64,000 nucleotides of DNA from NCBI RefSeq assembly GCF_028641065.1, contig NC_073410.1, forward strand, positions 372,001-436,000, given 5' to 3'. The stretch comes from Leucoraja erinacea (taxonomy: Eukaryota). The notes under the pieces are model-generated. The model made no database searches. It saw only the letters and a list, made by a program, of their open reading frames with translations, and was not told the origin of the DNA. The position numbers and the translations under genes were made by a program. Of the stretch, positions 1 through 11,740 are shown piece by piece; positions within the stretch are counted from its first letter, which is position 1; every line of letters starts with the position of its first letter.

Positions 1-479
1 CCAAGATTATTGAAGAGATTAATTGGATAAGTAGTAATCTGCCCTAACCAATTGGTTTGTTGGACAAACAAAAGATTATGGAAATAACTGGTTTTGTATA
101 CAAGATGTGTGTAGCCAATACAAGCCAGATGTAAGTGTGAAGGGGCCAAGGCCTTGATAGTTGGCCGTATGTATGACTCATGGCAAGTCACTACTTGAAA
201 TTGTGCTTTTCATTTGCTGCAATATGTCGACTCCAGCAGTTAGGAATCCTGTTTGTTGTGGGCAGGGAAGCAAGCCACCCCCCCCCCCCCCCCCCCCCCC
301 CCCCGTAATGGGATCTGTGCCTGGCTGTGCAGGTTAGGCAGGGTTTCAGTGAGTGTATGATGTGGTTCATGGTGGTATCAGGCTTGGGTTTAGGGTGAAG
401 GGTGGGCACAGTATCGGGTGGGAGTCAGGTCGGGTTTAGCGGTGGGGTCAGGTATGGTGTAGAGTGGGTGTCGAGCACA

Positions 480-1220
480 GTTTGGTGGGGTTAGGGTTAG
501 GTTCAGGCACAGTTTAGAGGGTGGTAGGGCACTGTTGGGGTGGGGTTAGGGTTAGGTTCAGGCACAGTTTAGAGGGTGGTAGGGCACTGTTTGGGTGGGG
601 TTAGGGTTAGGTTCAGGCAGGCACAGTTTAGAGGGTGGTGGGGCACTGTTGGGATTGGGTTAAGTTGGGCCAGGCATGGTTTAGAGGGTGGTAGGGCACT
701 GTTGGGGTGGGGTTAGGGTTAGGCCAGGCACAGTTTAGAGGGTGTCGAGCACAGTTTGAGTGGGGTTAAGTTAGGCCAGGCATGGTTTAGAGGGTGTCGA
801 GCACAGTTTGAGTGGGGTTAGGGTTAGGTTCAGGCACAGTTTAGAGGGTGGTAGGGCACTGTTGGGGGGGGGGTTAGGTTAGGCCAGGCACAGTTTAGAG
901 GATGGTAGGGCACTGTTGGGGTGGGGTTAGGTTAGGCCAGGCCCAGGTTAGGATGGTCGGGCACTGTTGGGGTGGGTTTGGGGTTAGGCCAGGCACAGTT
1001 TAGGATGGTCGGGCACTGTTGGGGTGGGGTTGGGGTTAGGCCAGGCACAGTTTAGGATGGTCGGGCACTGTTGGGATGGGGTTGGGGTTAGGCCAGGCAC
1101 AGTTTAGAGGGTGGTAGGGCACTGTTGGGGTGGGGTTGGGGTTAGGCCAGGCACAGTTTAGAGGATGGTAGGGCACTGTTGGGGTGGGGTTGGGGTTAGG
1201 CCAGGCACAGTTTAGGATGG
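480..1220 (+). repeat. G-rich minisatellite, ~54-bp unit, with TTAGGG/TTGGGG telomere-like hexamers
   Basis: Repeating GGCACAGTTTAGAGGGTGGTAGGGCACTGTTGGGGTGGGGTT(A/G)GGGTTAGGCCA. The minus-strand ORF shows the 18-aa period LNCAWPNPNPTPTVPYHP. Confidence 0.9.
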
Positions 1221-4200
1221 TGATGTGAGGGAACAACAAGCCCACAGGACGTACTGCTGCTACATTCCAAATAATCTCTTTTTTTCCACATTGAGATGAA
1301 TATTTTAAATGATGGAGCCAGTGAGTGACAAAGATTGGCATTTGAGGTGTTTAGAAGAAGTTTTTCTCTGCATTCCTCGTTGATATGTTCGTGTGAGGAA
1401 TCCCTCTAGTGTGTTTCTCGCTCGGTTTTATTTCAGGGAACTCTGGTTTTGCACTTGTCTGAGGAAACACTAAAGAGGTGTAGGAATTCTGGAGAAACTT
1501 TAAAAATGCATTCTCATTCTACAATGTCACCATGAAGTGCACAAAGTATCTGTTCCTAAAGAAACAAAACAACATTTGGAGCAACATTGATTGCATTGTG
1601 AGTGTAACCGATTTCCCTTTGAGCTGCCGTTTGCTAGCTGTGGCTTTGTGGACCTCGACGGACAAGCAGTATTCATTGTCAGACTGAATGTACTCAGAAA
1701 AAACACTCGACAACCACTTGTAATGTTTACAAACTTACGTAGTTTATTAGAATACACTATTTGCAATATAAAATGTTATCTAAACCATCATTTATAGAAT
1801 TCAGTAGTTCTTATTGACTTTGAGATGGGATTTATCATTAATGCTTGGATAGTTTAGACTATAGAGTCCCCCCACAGGTGATAGTACCACTTGTCACCTC
1901 TTGCCTGCAGACTAGGGCTGTGTTTGCTATCCTCAGGCCACAGTTTAACATGGAAAATGGTGAAGGAATGGCTTTTCATATTTGCAAGAAGCTGACAAAC
2001 CAGCTAATATTTATTGTTTCTTCCAGACTTATTATTGTAATTTGCAGGTTAATTTGATCAGATGATGATACCAGAACTTGGAATGTCAGAAGTCGCCTTT
2101 TGTTCTTTAGGACAAGGCTGATCAACACCACCATGTTGCACTATCCTGCTCTCCCTCATTCCCTGAATATCCAAAAATCTAATCTTCTCTGTCCTGAACA
2201 CAACAGTGATGGTCTCCACCCACTATATGGGTGAAAAGCATCTCCTGCACCGAGTCACAAATGACTGGGCTGTTACTTACAGATGACAATACCTGGACGT
2301 GCAAACCAAAGTCATGGGGAAAACGTCATTCCAGCATCTCCCCTGTCAGGCACCATCAGAATTGGTATGTACCTTTAAGATCATCGCCTGCACTGAACTC
2401 TGTACTGGCCCAACCTATCCTTGTCTTCCGTTGACAGTGCCTGAGTCTCTGGCAAAGCTCCATCACATTCCCTCTGTCCAAACCCTTTTGAACATTACAC
2501 TGAATCTGCATCCACTGACCCTGGAAGTGCTTCCACAACCACCACTGTAAAATCCTTGTGTCATTTGGTTCTCTTGTCCATCACCACACTTTGCGCCTGA
2601 GTGCTTGCCAATAAAACAGTTTCTCTCTGACGTTCGTGATTTAAGATGCTGCCTGTAGAACAGTCATGAGTATTTCTGTTCCAAGGAGAGCTTCAGCCTC
2701 TCCTGTCTTTCCACAACTAACCCTTATCCATGCCTTTGGTAAATCTCTTGCTGGAGCTGTAGTTTAATATTCACCTTTATTGTTAATGCCCAGGGTCGCA
2801 TCTCAACCTACAACACTTGTGCATGTACATCTCACATCTTTCTGTTCCTGTACTTATTTAGAACTCTGCCCTCATTTGGATTGCCCCTTCCCATGCTTCC
2901 CACCAAAATATAAACCTTTATACTTCTCTGCACCCCACAGATCGGCTGCAATTATTCCCTTCCCACCTGACTGCCTGTACTCCTTGCAGCAGAGTGACCG
3001 CTCTCTCGTCTCCTACTGCCAGGAGATTCCTGTGGCTGTTTCACCGCTGGAGTCAGAGCCTGGCTTTATTGACCTTTCCTTCCAGCTTTGTGAAGTGGTA
3101 GATGTAACTGCAGTCAGAGTGCAGGAAACCTGTCAGTGTCTCTGAGCGTCACTCACTCACTTAAATCCTTTTATTCTGTTAGTAGTCAAAGTAGTAAAAC
3201 ATTTGCATTGCCTGAAAGGTTGCTGCTGTGATTGCACTGAATTTGACCTGAAATGTTGTCCACTTGTTAACATGTTGACCAGTTTGTGAAGTGAGATGGG
3301 AATTATTTCATCCTATCTCCTGCTGTAGAATGAATGTTTGGCATTTGTGGTGAGGAGCTCTTTCCTTCTTCTACCCTCCCCATGAGCTTGCTCAGATGAT
3401 TCATCGATGTGAATACTCAGCATTCCCAACCAAACACTGATGGCAGTTTTACACAAGATATCTACTTCAGCAGTTTTGCTGCAGAAAGTCATGATAATTG
3501 AGGATAGTAATGTGTTCTAATGATCCTAGAACGACTTCACACACTGAGCGACTAATGGTCTCTGACATTTACAGTGACCCTGGTATTCCTACAGTGCCTG
3601 AGTACTATCCTGCAGCCATTCCTCACCATCCGTATTAATCAGACAAACCTCCGTTACTAGGGCTTCTCCGAGTTCTTCAGCTCCCTGTCGCTGCTGGCGG
3701 GAAGAGTTCTGGATGATTCTGCTCATGGGTCGTGGATGTTGAAATGATGGCCTTGTCCAAAGAGATACCTGCCTAACCAAACAGCACTTTGTGGATCAGG
3801 GCAAGGGATAACTTTAGTTAAACATGTTCTCTGTAACCCAGTGCGTTATGAAATGCATTTATTCTCTTTCTGACATCTGGGACCAGCTGATTTCTTAATC
3901 ATTGGTGCCTTGAGTTCAAATCTACAAATTATTCTTGTCCTGCTATGTAAACTCTGGGAAAGATCACTGGCAAGGAATGAGACAGATAGGTTAGTGATGA
4001 TCGGATCAAATGGGCATGTGAGCGTTCTGGTTTGTACAATGGCCAGAGGTTGAGAGACTGGGTCAGTCCTGCCAGTCCCACCTGCCACTGCTTCCTACAC
4101 CTCTACCTGGAATGTTCCCTTGCATTTCATTTGAAATAGAACCTGGTCAGGCTCAAATTAACAGAGGTGAAGGAAAGTGAGCGGGATACAGTGGGGATAA

Positions 4201-5232
4201 GCCTTTGATATTTTGTCAACTCTGCAACTGAGAGGTGTTGACCCTGTCAATGTGCCCATAGGTGGCAACCCACTGAAGGGGAGATATGATCCAGTGGCAT
4301 CAATGGGAATGCTGTAGAATAGCCTGGTGTTGAATAAGATTGCAAACTAAAATAAGATTACATTGTTCAGTACAGGCTGGATGTTTGTGAGCGTGAGACT
4401 GTACAACTCAAGTGTTTCATTTAAACCATGAAGTTAGACATCAGAACTTTTATCTTACAAGCACCCAGTTAATTACCTTTTATCAATTCTATGGATAAAC
4501 ATGAAGCCCCATAATAAAAATAACTCTAGCCTGTTTACTTATAGGTTTAAAGTACTGTTCAGTATTACTGTTATTTAACAAGTTTAAATCAGAGGTCTTT
4601 AATGTTTACATTTGCATTTTGCTTAATTAAAAGTAATAAAGGATTGTGTAAAACAGTGTTTGCAGAGGTCTGTGCATCAGCTCTGTGTAATTCCATCTTT
4701 ATAATGATGCCTTTTGTTAGCTTTTGCTGACGTCTAGTAAAAAATCCAGAATGTTTTTGTGTACAACTGAATAAATTTGTTCCATATTTCATGGTTATCA
4801 ATGCCTTTTTATTTCCTAGTTACAACTAGGTTGATGCAGGCAACATATTACTAGTAACCTAGTTACCTTGGACCTTGCAACAATATATCCAGCACCTGGC
4901 TGCAATAAGTAATTGCCAAAAGATGACCTACATAGCAAGTGATAGAGACCTGACTAGGTGCAGAGAGGTCTGGGAGACAGAGCATGATCTGCATTGCAAA
5001 TTATTATTAATAAAATTAACCATGTTATTGTTTCTTGCTTAAGAAAATTGAATGCAAAAGTAGGGGGGATTATGAACAAGAACATAGAACAGGACAGCAG
5101 AGAAACAGGCCCTTTGGCCCACAATGTCTGCTGAACACGATGCCGTTAAACTAATTTCCTCTGCCTGAAAGTGATCCAGATTCCTCCATTCCTTGCATAT
5201 CTAATGCCACTATTGTATCTGCCACCCAAATC

Positions 5233-5790
5233 TGACCCAAACCTTACCTCCCACCTCGACTCCATTCAAGGACCCAAGCAGTCGTTCCAGGTGCGACCGA
5301 GGTTCACCTGCATCTTCTCCAACCTCATCTATTGCATCCGCTGCTCTAGATGTCAGCTGATCTACATCGGTGAGACCAAGCGTAGGCTTGGCGATCGTTT
5401 CGCCGAACACCTCCAGTCGGTCTGCATTAACCAACCTGATCTCCCGGTGGCTCAGCACTTCAACTCCCCGTATCCGACCTCTCTGTCCTGGGCCTCCACC
5501 ATGGCCAGAGTAAATTGGAGGAACAGCACCTCATATTCCGCTTGGGTAGTCTGCACCCTAGTGGCATAAACATTGAATTCTCCCATTTCCGTTAACCCTT
5601 GCTGTCTCCTCCCCTTCCTAGCTCTTCCTCAGCCCTCGGGCCCCTCCTCCTTTTCCTTCTCTTCCCCCCACCTCCCCCCCCCCCCCCCCCCCCAGTCTGA
5701 AGAAGGGTTTCGGCCCAAAACGTCGCCTATTTCCTTCGCTCCATAGATGCTGCTGCACCCGCTGAGTTGCTCCAGCATTTTTGTCTATTC
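5233..5790 (+). mobile_element. Penelope-like retroelement 3' fragment (GIY-YIG endonuclease + pseudo-LTR)
   Basis: Translates as FQVRPRFTCIFSNLIYCIRCSRCQLIYIGETKRRLGDRFAEHL...PVAQHFNS (IY...YIG GIY-YIG motif), followed by the terminal repeat GTCTGAAGAAGGGTTTCGGCCC..AAACGTC...GATGCTGC...CTCCAGCATTTTTGT. Confidence 0.85.
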
Positions 5791-6019
5791 CCAACCATGA
5801 TCAATCAATCAATCAGTTTTATTCGTCACATTGCACATAAAGTGCAAGTGAAATGAATTTGTCAGCAGCGGTACAATGATGAAGAACACACAATACACAA
5901 TATAAGCTGTGCAGACCGCGGCTTCAGGCTACCGGCTGCCGTGGGCCAGTGAACGGAGCGCTCCCCTACGGCGAGCCCCAGCGCGTCTCCGGGAAAGGCC
6001 ACGCTGATCCACTTCAGAT

Positions 6020-6690
6020 TCAATTTTAATTGTCATTGTCAGTGTACAGCACAGAGACAACGAAATGCATTTAGCATCTCCCTTGAAGAGCGACATAGCA
6101 AACGATTTGAATAAAAAATAATAAGTGTCCGGGGGGGGGGTGGTGATTGGCAGTCACCGAGGTACGTTGTTGAGTAGAGTGACAGCCGCCGGAAAGAAGC
6201 TGTTCCTCGACCTGCTGGTTCGGCAATGGAGAGACCTGTAGCGCCTCCCGGATGGTAGGAGGGTAAACAGTCCATGGTTGGGGTGAGAGCAGTCCTTGGT
6301 GATGCTGAGCGCCCTCCGCAGACAGCGCTTGCTTTGGACAGACTCAATGGAGGGGAGCGTGGAACCGGTGATGCGTTGGGCAATTTTCACCACCCTCTGC
6401 AATGCCTTCCGGTCGGAGACAGAGCAGTTGCCATACCATACTGTGATGCAGTTGGTAAGGATGCTCTCGATGGTGCAGCGGTAGAAGTTCACCAGGATCT
6501 GAGGAGACAGATGGACCTTCTTCAGTCTCCTCAGGAAGAAGAGACGCTGATGAGCCTTCTTGATCAGAGTAGAGGTATTGTGGGTCCAAGAGAGGTCATC
6601 GGAGATGTTGACTCCCAGGAACCTGAAGCTAGAAACACGTTCCACCTCCGTCCCGTTAATGTGGATGGGGGTGTGCGTGCCACCTCTGGA
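6020..6690 (-). mobile_element. Rex1/Babar-type non-LTR retrotransposon, 5'-truncated (RT C-terminal region + 3' end)
   Basis: Uninterrupted ORF 6154-6645: ERVSSFRFLGVNISDDLSW...KKAHQRLFFLRRLKK...FYRCTIESILTNCITVWYG...LLPSGRRYRS...NSFFP, typical of the Rex1 C-terminus. Confidence 0.85.
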
Positions 6691-7377
6691 CTTCTGCTGT
6701 TAGGCCACGGGGGAGGCGACCGAAACGGTTTCCCCCTCACTCCGCCCCCCCCCCACACAAAACACACCGAGAAACATCAAAAACATACTGTAAAACACCG
6801 ACCTCAGTGTAAAAGGAAATTGCCCTGCATATCTCCTTTAAATTTGACCCCTCTTACCTTAATGCTATGTCCTCTAGTCTTTGACATCAGCCCCTCTGGA
6901 GAAATAAAATAACCTGAACAAGACATGATTGACTGCCGTCCACCAAGACCGCTGTGTCATGTGTAATGCAGCGATAGCTGGTGAAATGATAAGGAATGGG
7001 TGATAAGCAAGTCAACAATCTTAAACACCTTGAAATATCATTGACCCTGGTTAAATCAGTAGCAGGCCATATTTTTCCATTTACCAGCTGCTAAATTGTT
7101 GCATAATTTTCTGGGGAGCTGAGAGGGAGTGTAGTGAGACCAGAATGTAGTCATCTTCTGTGAGTCAGTCATGCATGACTGTGGGAGGCTGTCAAAGGCC
7201 GGCACCATTTCCCGGCATTATGAGCCAGAATTCTCTGATTGTATTGTACAAGAGTCCTGACCTGAAACGTCACCTATCCATGTTCTCCACAGATGCTGCC
7301 TGACCCGCTGAGTTACTGTGTCTCTGTGTCTTTCTCTGATTTTACCGTTATTTACTGACCCATTGTACTCACTGTTG

Positions 7378-7597
7378 TGTTCAAGAAGGAACTGCAGATG
7401 CTGGAAGATCGAAGGTACACAAAAATGCTGGAGAAACTCAGCGGGTGCAGCAGCATCTATGGAGCGAAGGAAATAGGCGACGTTTCGGGCTGAAACCCTT
7501 CTTCAGACTGAGTTTCGGCCCGAAACGTTGCCTATTTCCTTCGCTCCATTGATGCTGCTGCACCCGCTGAGTTTCTCCAGCAATTTTGTGTACCTTC
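7378..7597. mobile_element. Penelope pseudo-LTR inverted pair (fold-back) with flanking direct repeat
   Basis: 7411-7500 is the reverse complement of ~7511-7597. Flanked by CCATTGTACTCACT(G/A)TTG at 7360-7377 and 7597-7614. Confidence 0.75.
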
Positions 7598-7954
7598 CAT
7601 TGTACTCACTATTGCCCTCGGCAGTCAGACTCTGGTACAGCCACACACCACCTCACCTGCCACATGTTCACTCCTACATCTGTCAGCATGCATTAGTTCT
7701 TTACCGTAGTTTTCCCTCAGTCTTATTCAGTTTTTTCTCTCCCTTGTTTAATCTGTGTTGATAATATTCAACCACGAAACAACTAAGTTTTCAAACATTT
7801 CCCAATATATTTTTGGATTTTATATAATAAAATATTCTTACCCATGTTCAAGTTTATGTACCAGTACCGTCCTGACCGTCTACTTTAATTATTACATGTT
7901 GTTTTGTTTAAGCTTTATTAATCTTTTATAATATTTTAAAATTAGAGGTGCCAT

Positions 7955-9015
7955 AGGGAGGTTTCACGGCAGTCGGGTCACGACCCATGACCCGTACTGT
8001 TGCTACGCTACTCCAAATGGATTACACGCGATGTACTGCAGGTAGGCACTTGCCATTGTTTCCAGCGTAGCGGCCCCGTTAAAACCCGCTGAGATTGTCA
8101 ATTTTTGCGCTGTAAATAATTATGGAAATCGGGATAAGCGTGTGAGACATTTAGCATACTTCAGAATTCCAAAAGTGAGGAGAAATGACGGTAGATAAAA
8201 ACGAGAGCTGAAGTGACAACAACATCCAGAGTGCTTGGCGAACATTGGCCGTTTCATCAACTAAGGCATTATTTGTGTTTTTTCTTGATTCCTTTGGCAT
8301 CTAAAAAGTTTCAGAAGTGATAAATCTGGCTGTAATTTTTTTAAATCGCCCATGGTTCTCGTGGGTATTTGCATACAAAATGAAAACGCACCTGAAGAAA
8401 AATTTACAGCCAAATTTATCACTTCTGAGAATTTTTAGATACCAAAGGAATCAAGAAAAAACACAAATAATGCCTTACTATTGATGAAATGCAAACGCGA
8501 TAATTCCCAATATTCTCAATGTTTACCAAGCACTTTAGCTGCTGTAGTCCCTTCAGTTCTCGCTTCTCGATACCTTTATTTCACTTCACGTTTGGAATTC
8601 TAAAGTTGGGTTCATGTTTCTCACACTTACCCCGACTCCCACAATTTGTTTCAGCGCAAAAATTCAACATTTTGGCGGTTTTTAACAGGTAGGAAAGTAC
8701 GCATTTCTAGCATTAATAACATATACCGGAAGTGACGGATGTCTTCCAGTTGGATTTAGCGGCTCCGTGTGCCGAGCCCCATGACCCGGTGACCTTTCGT
8801 GCAACCCCCCTATGACCCGGTGACCTTTCGTGCAACCCCCTCCTATGACCCGGTGACCTTTCGTGCAACCCCCCCTATGACCCGGTGACCTTTCGTGCAA
8901 CAAGGGGGCCCCCTCCTATGACCCGGTGACCTTTCGTGCAACCCCCCCCTATGACCCGGTGACCTTTCGTGCAACCCCCTCCTATGACCCGGTGACCTTT
9001 CGTGCAACCCCCCCT
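7955..9015. mobile_element. Non-autonomous fold-back DNA transposon (TIR element) with tandemly amplified right end
   Basis: Left end ATAGGGAGGTTTCACG matches right end CGTGCAACCCCCCCTAT as an imperfect TIR with a TA or AT duplication. Long internal inverted repeat (e.g. ~8260-8340 vs ~8398-8480). No transposase ORF. Confidence 0.7.
8781..9015 (+). repeat. 7 tandem copies of ~33-bp ATGACCCGGTGACCTTTCGTGCAACCCCC(C/T)CCT
   Basis: Units start at 8781, 8812, 8845, 8877, 8918, 8951 and 8984. Confidence 0.95.
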
Positions 9016-9039
9016 ATAGTCAATGGGAAGGAGAGTTGC

Positions 9040-9351
9040 AACTAGCGGTGCGGCCGCCAGGGGGCAGAGCGGGCCCACGGTCCACAGCTGGCCCACACAG
9101 TGCCCCGGTAGCCGGACGGGAATTCCTTCTCCGTGTGTACGGGTACCGGGTAGGTCGGGGCGAGGGAGGGGGGGGAGAAGGGGGCGGGGACGCGTGATTG
9201 CCGGAGCCGCTGCAGCGCGGGGCTTATGCCGCTGTCCGGGGACCTAGTGACAGGCGCGCCGCGGCCACGGGCTGGGGCCCTGCTGGAGGTGGTAGTGCGC
9301 GTGCGCGGCGCTGTCTCCTTCACTTCGTCCTCAAACCCGGAGCGGCGGCGG
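9040..9351 (+). promoter_or_regulatory. VDAC2: VDAC2 CpG-island promoter and non-coding exon 1
   Basis: CpG-dense, GC box GGGGCGGGG at ~9181, NRF1-type site TGCGCGTGCGCG at 9296-9307 (reverse complement fits YGCGCAYGCGCR), pyrimidine-rich leader, then donor G|GTACGT at 9351/9352. Assignment to VDAC2 is inferred from position. Confidence 0.7.
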
Positions 9352-9364
9352 GTACGTGTTGGGC

Positions 9365-10048
9365 GGGTCCGGGTCGTGGTCGTGTAGGCCCCAGTGGGTC
9401 CGTGTAGGCCCGGGTGGGCCCGTGTAGGCCCGAGTGGGTCCGGGTAGTGGTCGTGTGGGGTCGTGTAGGCCCGGGTGGGGTCGTGTAGGGTCGTGTAGGT
9501 CCGGGTAGTGGTCGTGTAGGGTCGTGTAGGGTCGTGTGGGCCCCAGTGGGCCCGGGATAGGCCCGGGATAGAGTGTGTGGGCCCGGGATAGTGTGTGTAG
9601 GCCCGTGTGGGCCCGGGATAGAGTGTGTGGGCCCGGGATAGAGTGTGTGGGCCCGGGATAGTGTGTGTAGGCCCGGGATAGAGTGTGTAGGCCCGTGTGG
9701 GCCCGGGATAGAGTGTGTAGGCCCGAGTGGGCCCGGGGTAGAGTGTGTGGGCCCGGGATAGTGTGGGCCCGGGATAGGGATAGAGTGTGTGGGCCCGGGA
9801 TAGAGTGTGTGGGCCCGGGATAGTGTGTGTGTGTGGCCCGTGTGTGGGCCCGGGATAGAGTGTGTGGGCCCGGGTAGAGTGTGTGGGCCCGGGATAGTGT
9901 GTGTAGGCCCGGGATAGTGTGTGTAGGCCCGAGTGGGCCCGTGTAGGCCCCAGTGGGCCCGGGATAGAGTGTGTAGGCCCGTGTGGGCCCGGGATAGAGT
10001 GTGTGGGCCCGGGGTAGTGTGTGGGGGCCCGGGATAGTGTGTGTGGGC
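9365..10048 (+). repeat. CpG/G-rich minisatellite (~20-bp GGCCCGGGATAGAGTGTGTG and ~10-bp sub-units) at the start of VDAC2 intron 1
   Basis: Direct tandem repetition. It explains the low-complexity ORFs 9042-10091 and 9320-10081. Confidence 0.9.
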
Positions 10049-11289
10049 AGACAGACAGACAGACACCGGCCCGGCCTCCACCTCCTGCCATTCCCCGGCC
10101 CAGGGTTCCTAGTTGAAATAACTGGTTCTAAATGTTTTACATTTTTAATTAATGAAAGGTGCTAGAATATCATTATGGGAGAAGAAAATGCATTAGGTTT
10201 GAGGGACTGAATAGGTTACCAGTACACAGTATGGTACACATGTATACCTGACCTGTTGGGAGGATATTCACCAGGACTTGTTTTTAGTATATCCTGATAA
10301 AAATGATAATTTGGCTTCCAAATGGGCTGTTGCTTTGAGGGAAAGAATGGTTGGTTTGTATCTGGACACATGATAATTGAACATATGTTACAAATCCACA
10401 CCAATCTTGCTCTTATTTCATGATCATTGCAGCCAATATTTTTACATTCTGTTGGATTCGGCAGTTCTGCTGATTGGAGAATGGTCACGTCAGCACATTA
10501 GATGGGTCCTGCGTACCTGTTGGTAATTGCTTCCCTGTGCACAAAGTTATCTGTAGCATGAAACAACGTACTGAGCTTAACCTTTCTTGGCCCTTGTGCA
10601 GTTTAGAAATGTATTTGACAAATCATCAACCTCTTGTTTGCAGAATTCAGTAATATTGTTGCAAACTTCAAACCAAAAGTGAAGCTTAAGGATCTGAATA
10701 CATGAGAAAATGTTTGCAGAACATGGTGCCTGCAGATTAAATCAATGTGCTGTACCTGGCAGTTAATTGCTTTAGCCCTTTGCTTCCCATGCATAGAACT
10801 TGTAATATCAGTTGGTTTGCTGCAGGATTCTCATTAACAAGATCAACAATTTGTTGGCATTGCTGTCATGTCCCTTGTAGCAGCTAGCTCGGTGACAATA
10901 GAATATGGTGCAGAGGGGTTTGGATAGAGTGTGGATTGATATGGTAGAAGATGGAATATTGTATTCAAATTTAATCTTGCAGCTTTTAATGTTTGTGGAA
11001 GCCATCACATGACATGGAAGATGGTGAAATATTTTAGGAGAAAATTTTAGGAGCTTTGAGTATTAATTTTATCAGCGGAGCGTTCCACTTGTGGCCAATA
11101 GTTCAGGTGGTCATTTTAGTGTTTATTAAGTCCCTGTGGTCTTATTTGGCATTTTCATTTCATATCCTGAGGCAGGGTAGGCGCTTGGTGGGATGTTGCC
11201 AGCTCTATCAGAATCATGTATTGTTGAGTCTGAAGAGTTGCAAGGTAGATGACTGAAGGATAGCTCATATTTTGGTTAATTAAACCATG

Positions 11290-11740
11290 GCATAAGTGAT
11301 TGGAATAGAATTAGGCCATTCAGCCCATCAAGTCTACTCCGCCATACATTCATGGCTGATCTATCGCTCTCTCCTACCCCCATTCTCCTGCCTTCTCCCC
11401 ATATCCTCTGGCATCTATACTAATCAAGAATCTACGTATCTCTGCCTTAAAAATATCCATTGACGACTTCCACAGCCTTCTGTGGCAAAGAATTCCACAG
11501 ATTCACCACCCACTGACTAAAGACATTTCTCCTCATCACCTTCCTAAAAGAACGTTCCTTTAATTCTGAGGCTATGACCTCTAGTCCTAAACTCTCCCAC
11601 TCGTGGAAACATCCTCTCCAAATCCATTCTATCCAAGCCTTTCACTATTCTGCATGTTTCAATGAGGTTCCCCCTTTCTCCTAAACTCCAGCGAGTACAG
11701 GCCCAGTGCTGACAAACGTTCATCATAGGTTAACCTATGT
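11290..11740 (-). mobile_element. CR1-like LINE 3' end fragment
   Basis: The minus strand encodes degenerate RGNLIETCRIVKGLDRMDLERMFPRVGEFRTRGHSLRIKG (CR1 ORF2 C-terminus) followed by a 3'UTR ending in GGGCTGAATGGCCTA. Confidence 0.8.

Noticed and set aside
1230-5050. Possible 3'UTR of an upstream gene (SAMD8 by human synteny)
   Set aside because: No coding exon visible. AATAAA hexamers alone are insufficient.
8781-9015. 33-bp direct repeats superficially like a CRISPR array
   Set aside because: No unique spacers, no cas genes, and the context is eukaryotic.
9042-10091. 349-aa and 253-aa Pro/His/Thr-rich ORFs
   Set aside because: Minisatellite and CpG-island artefacts antisense to VDAC2 exon 1/intron 1.
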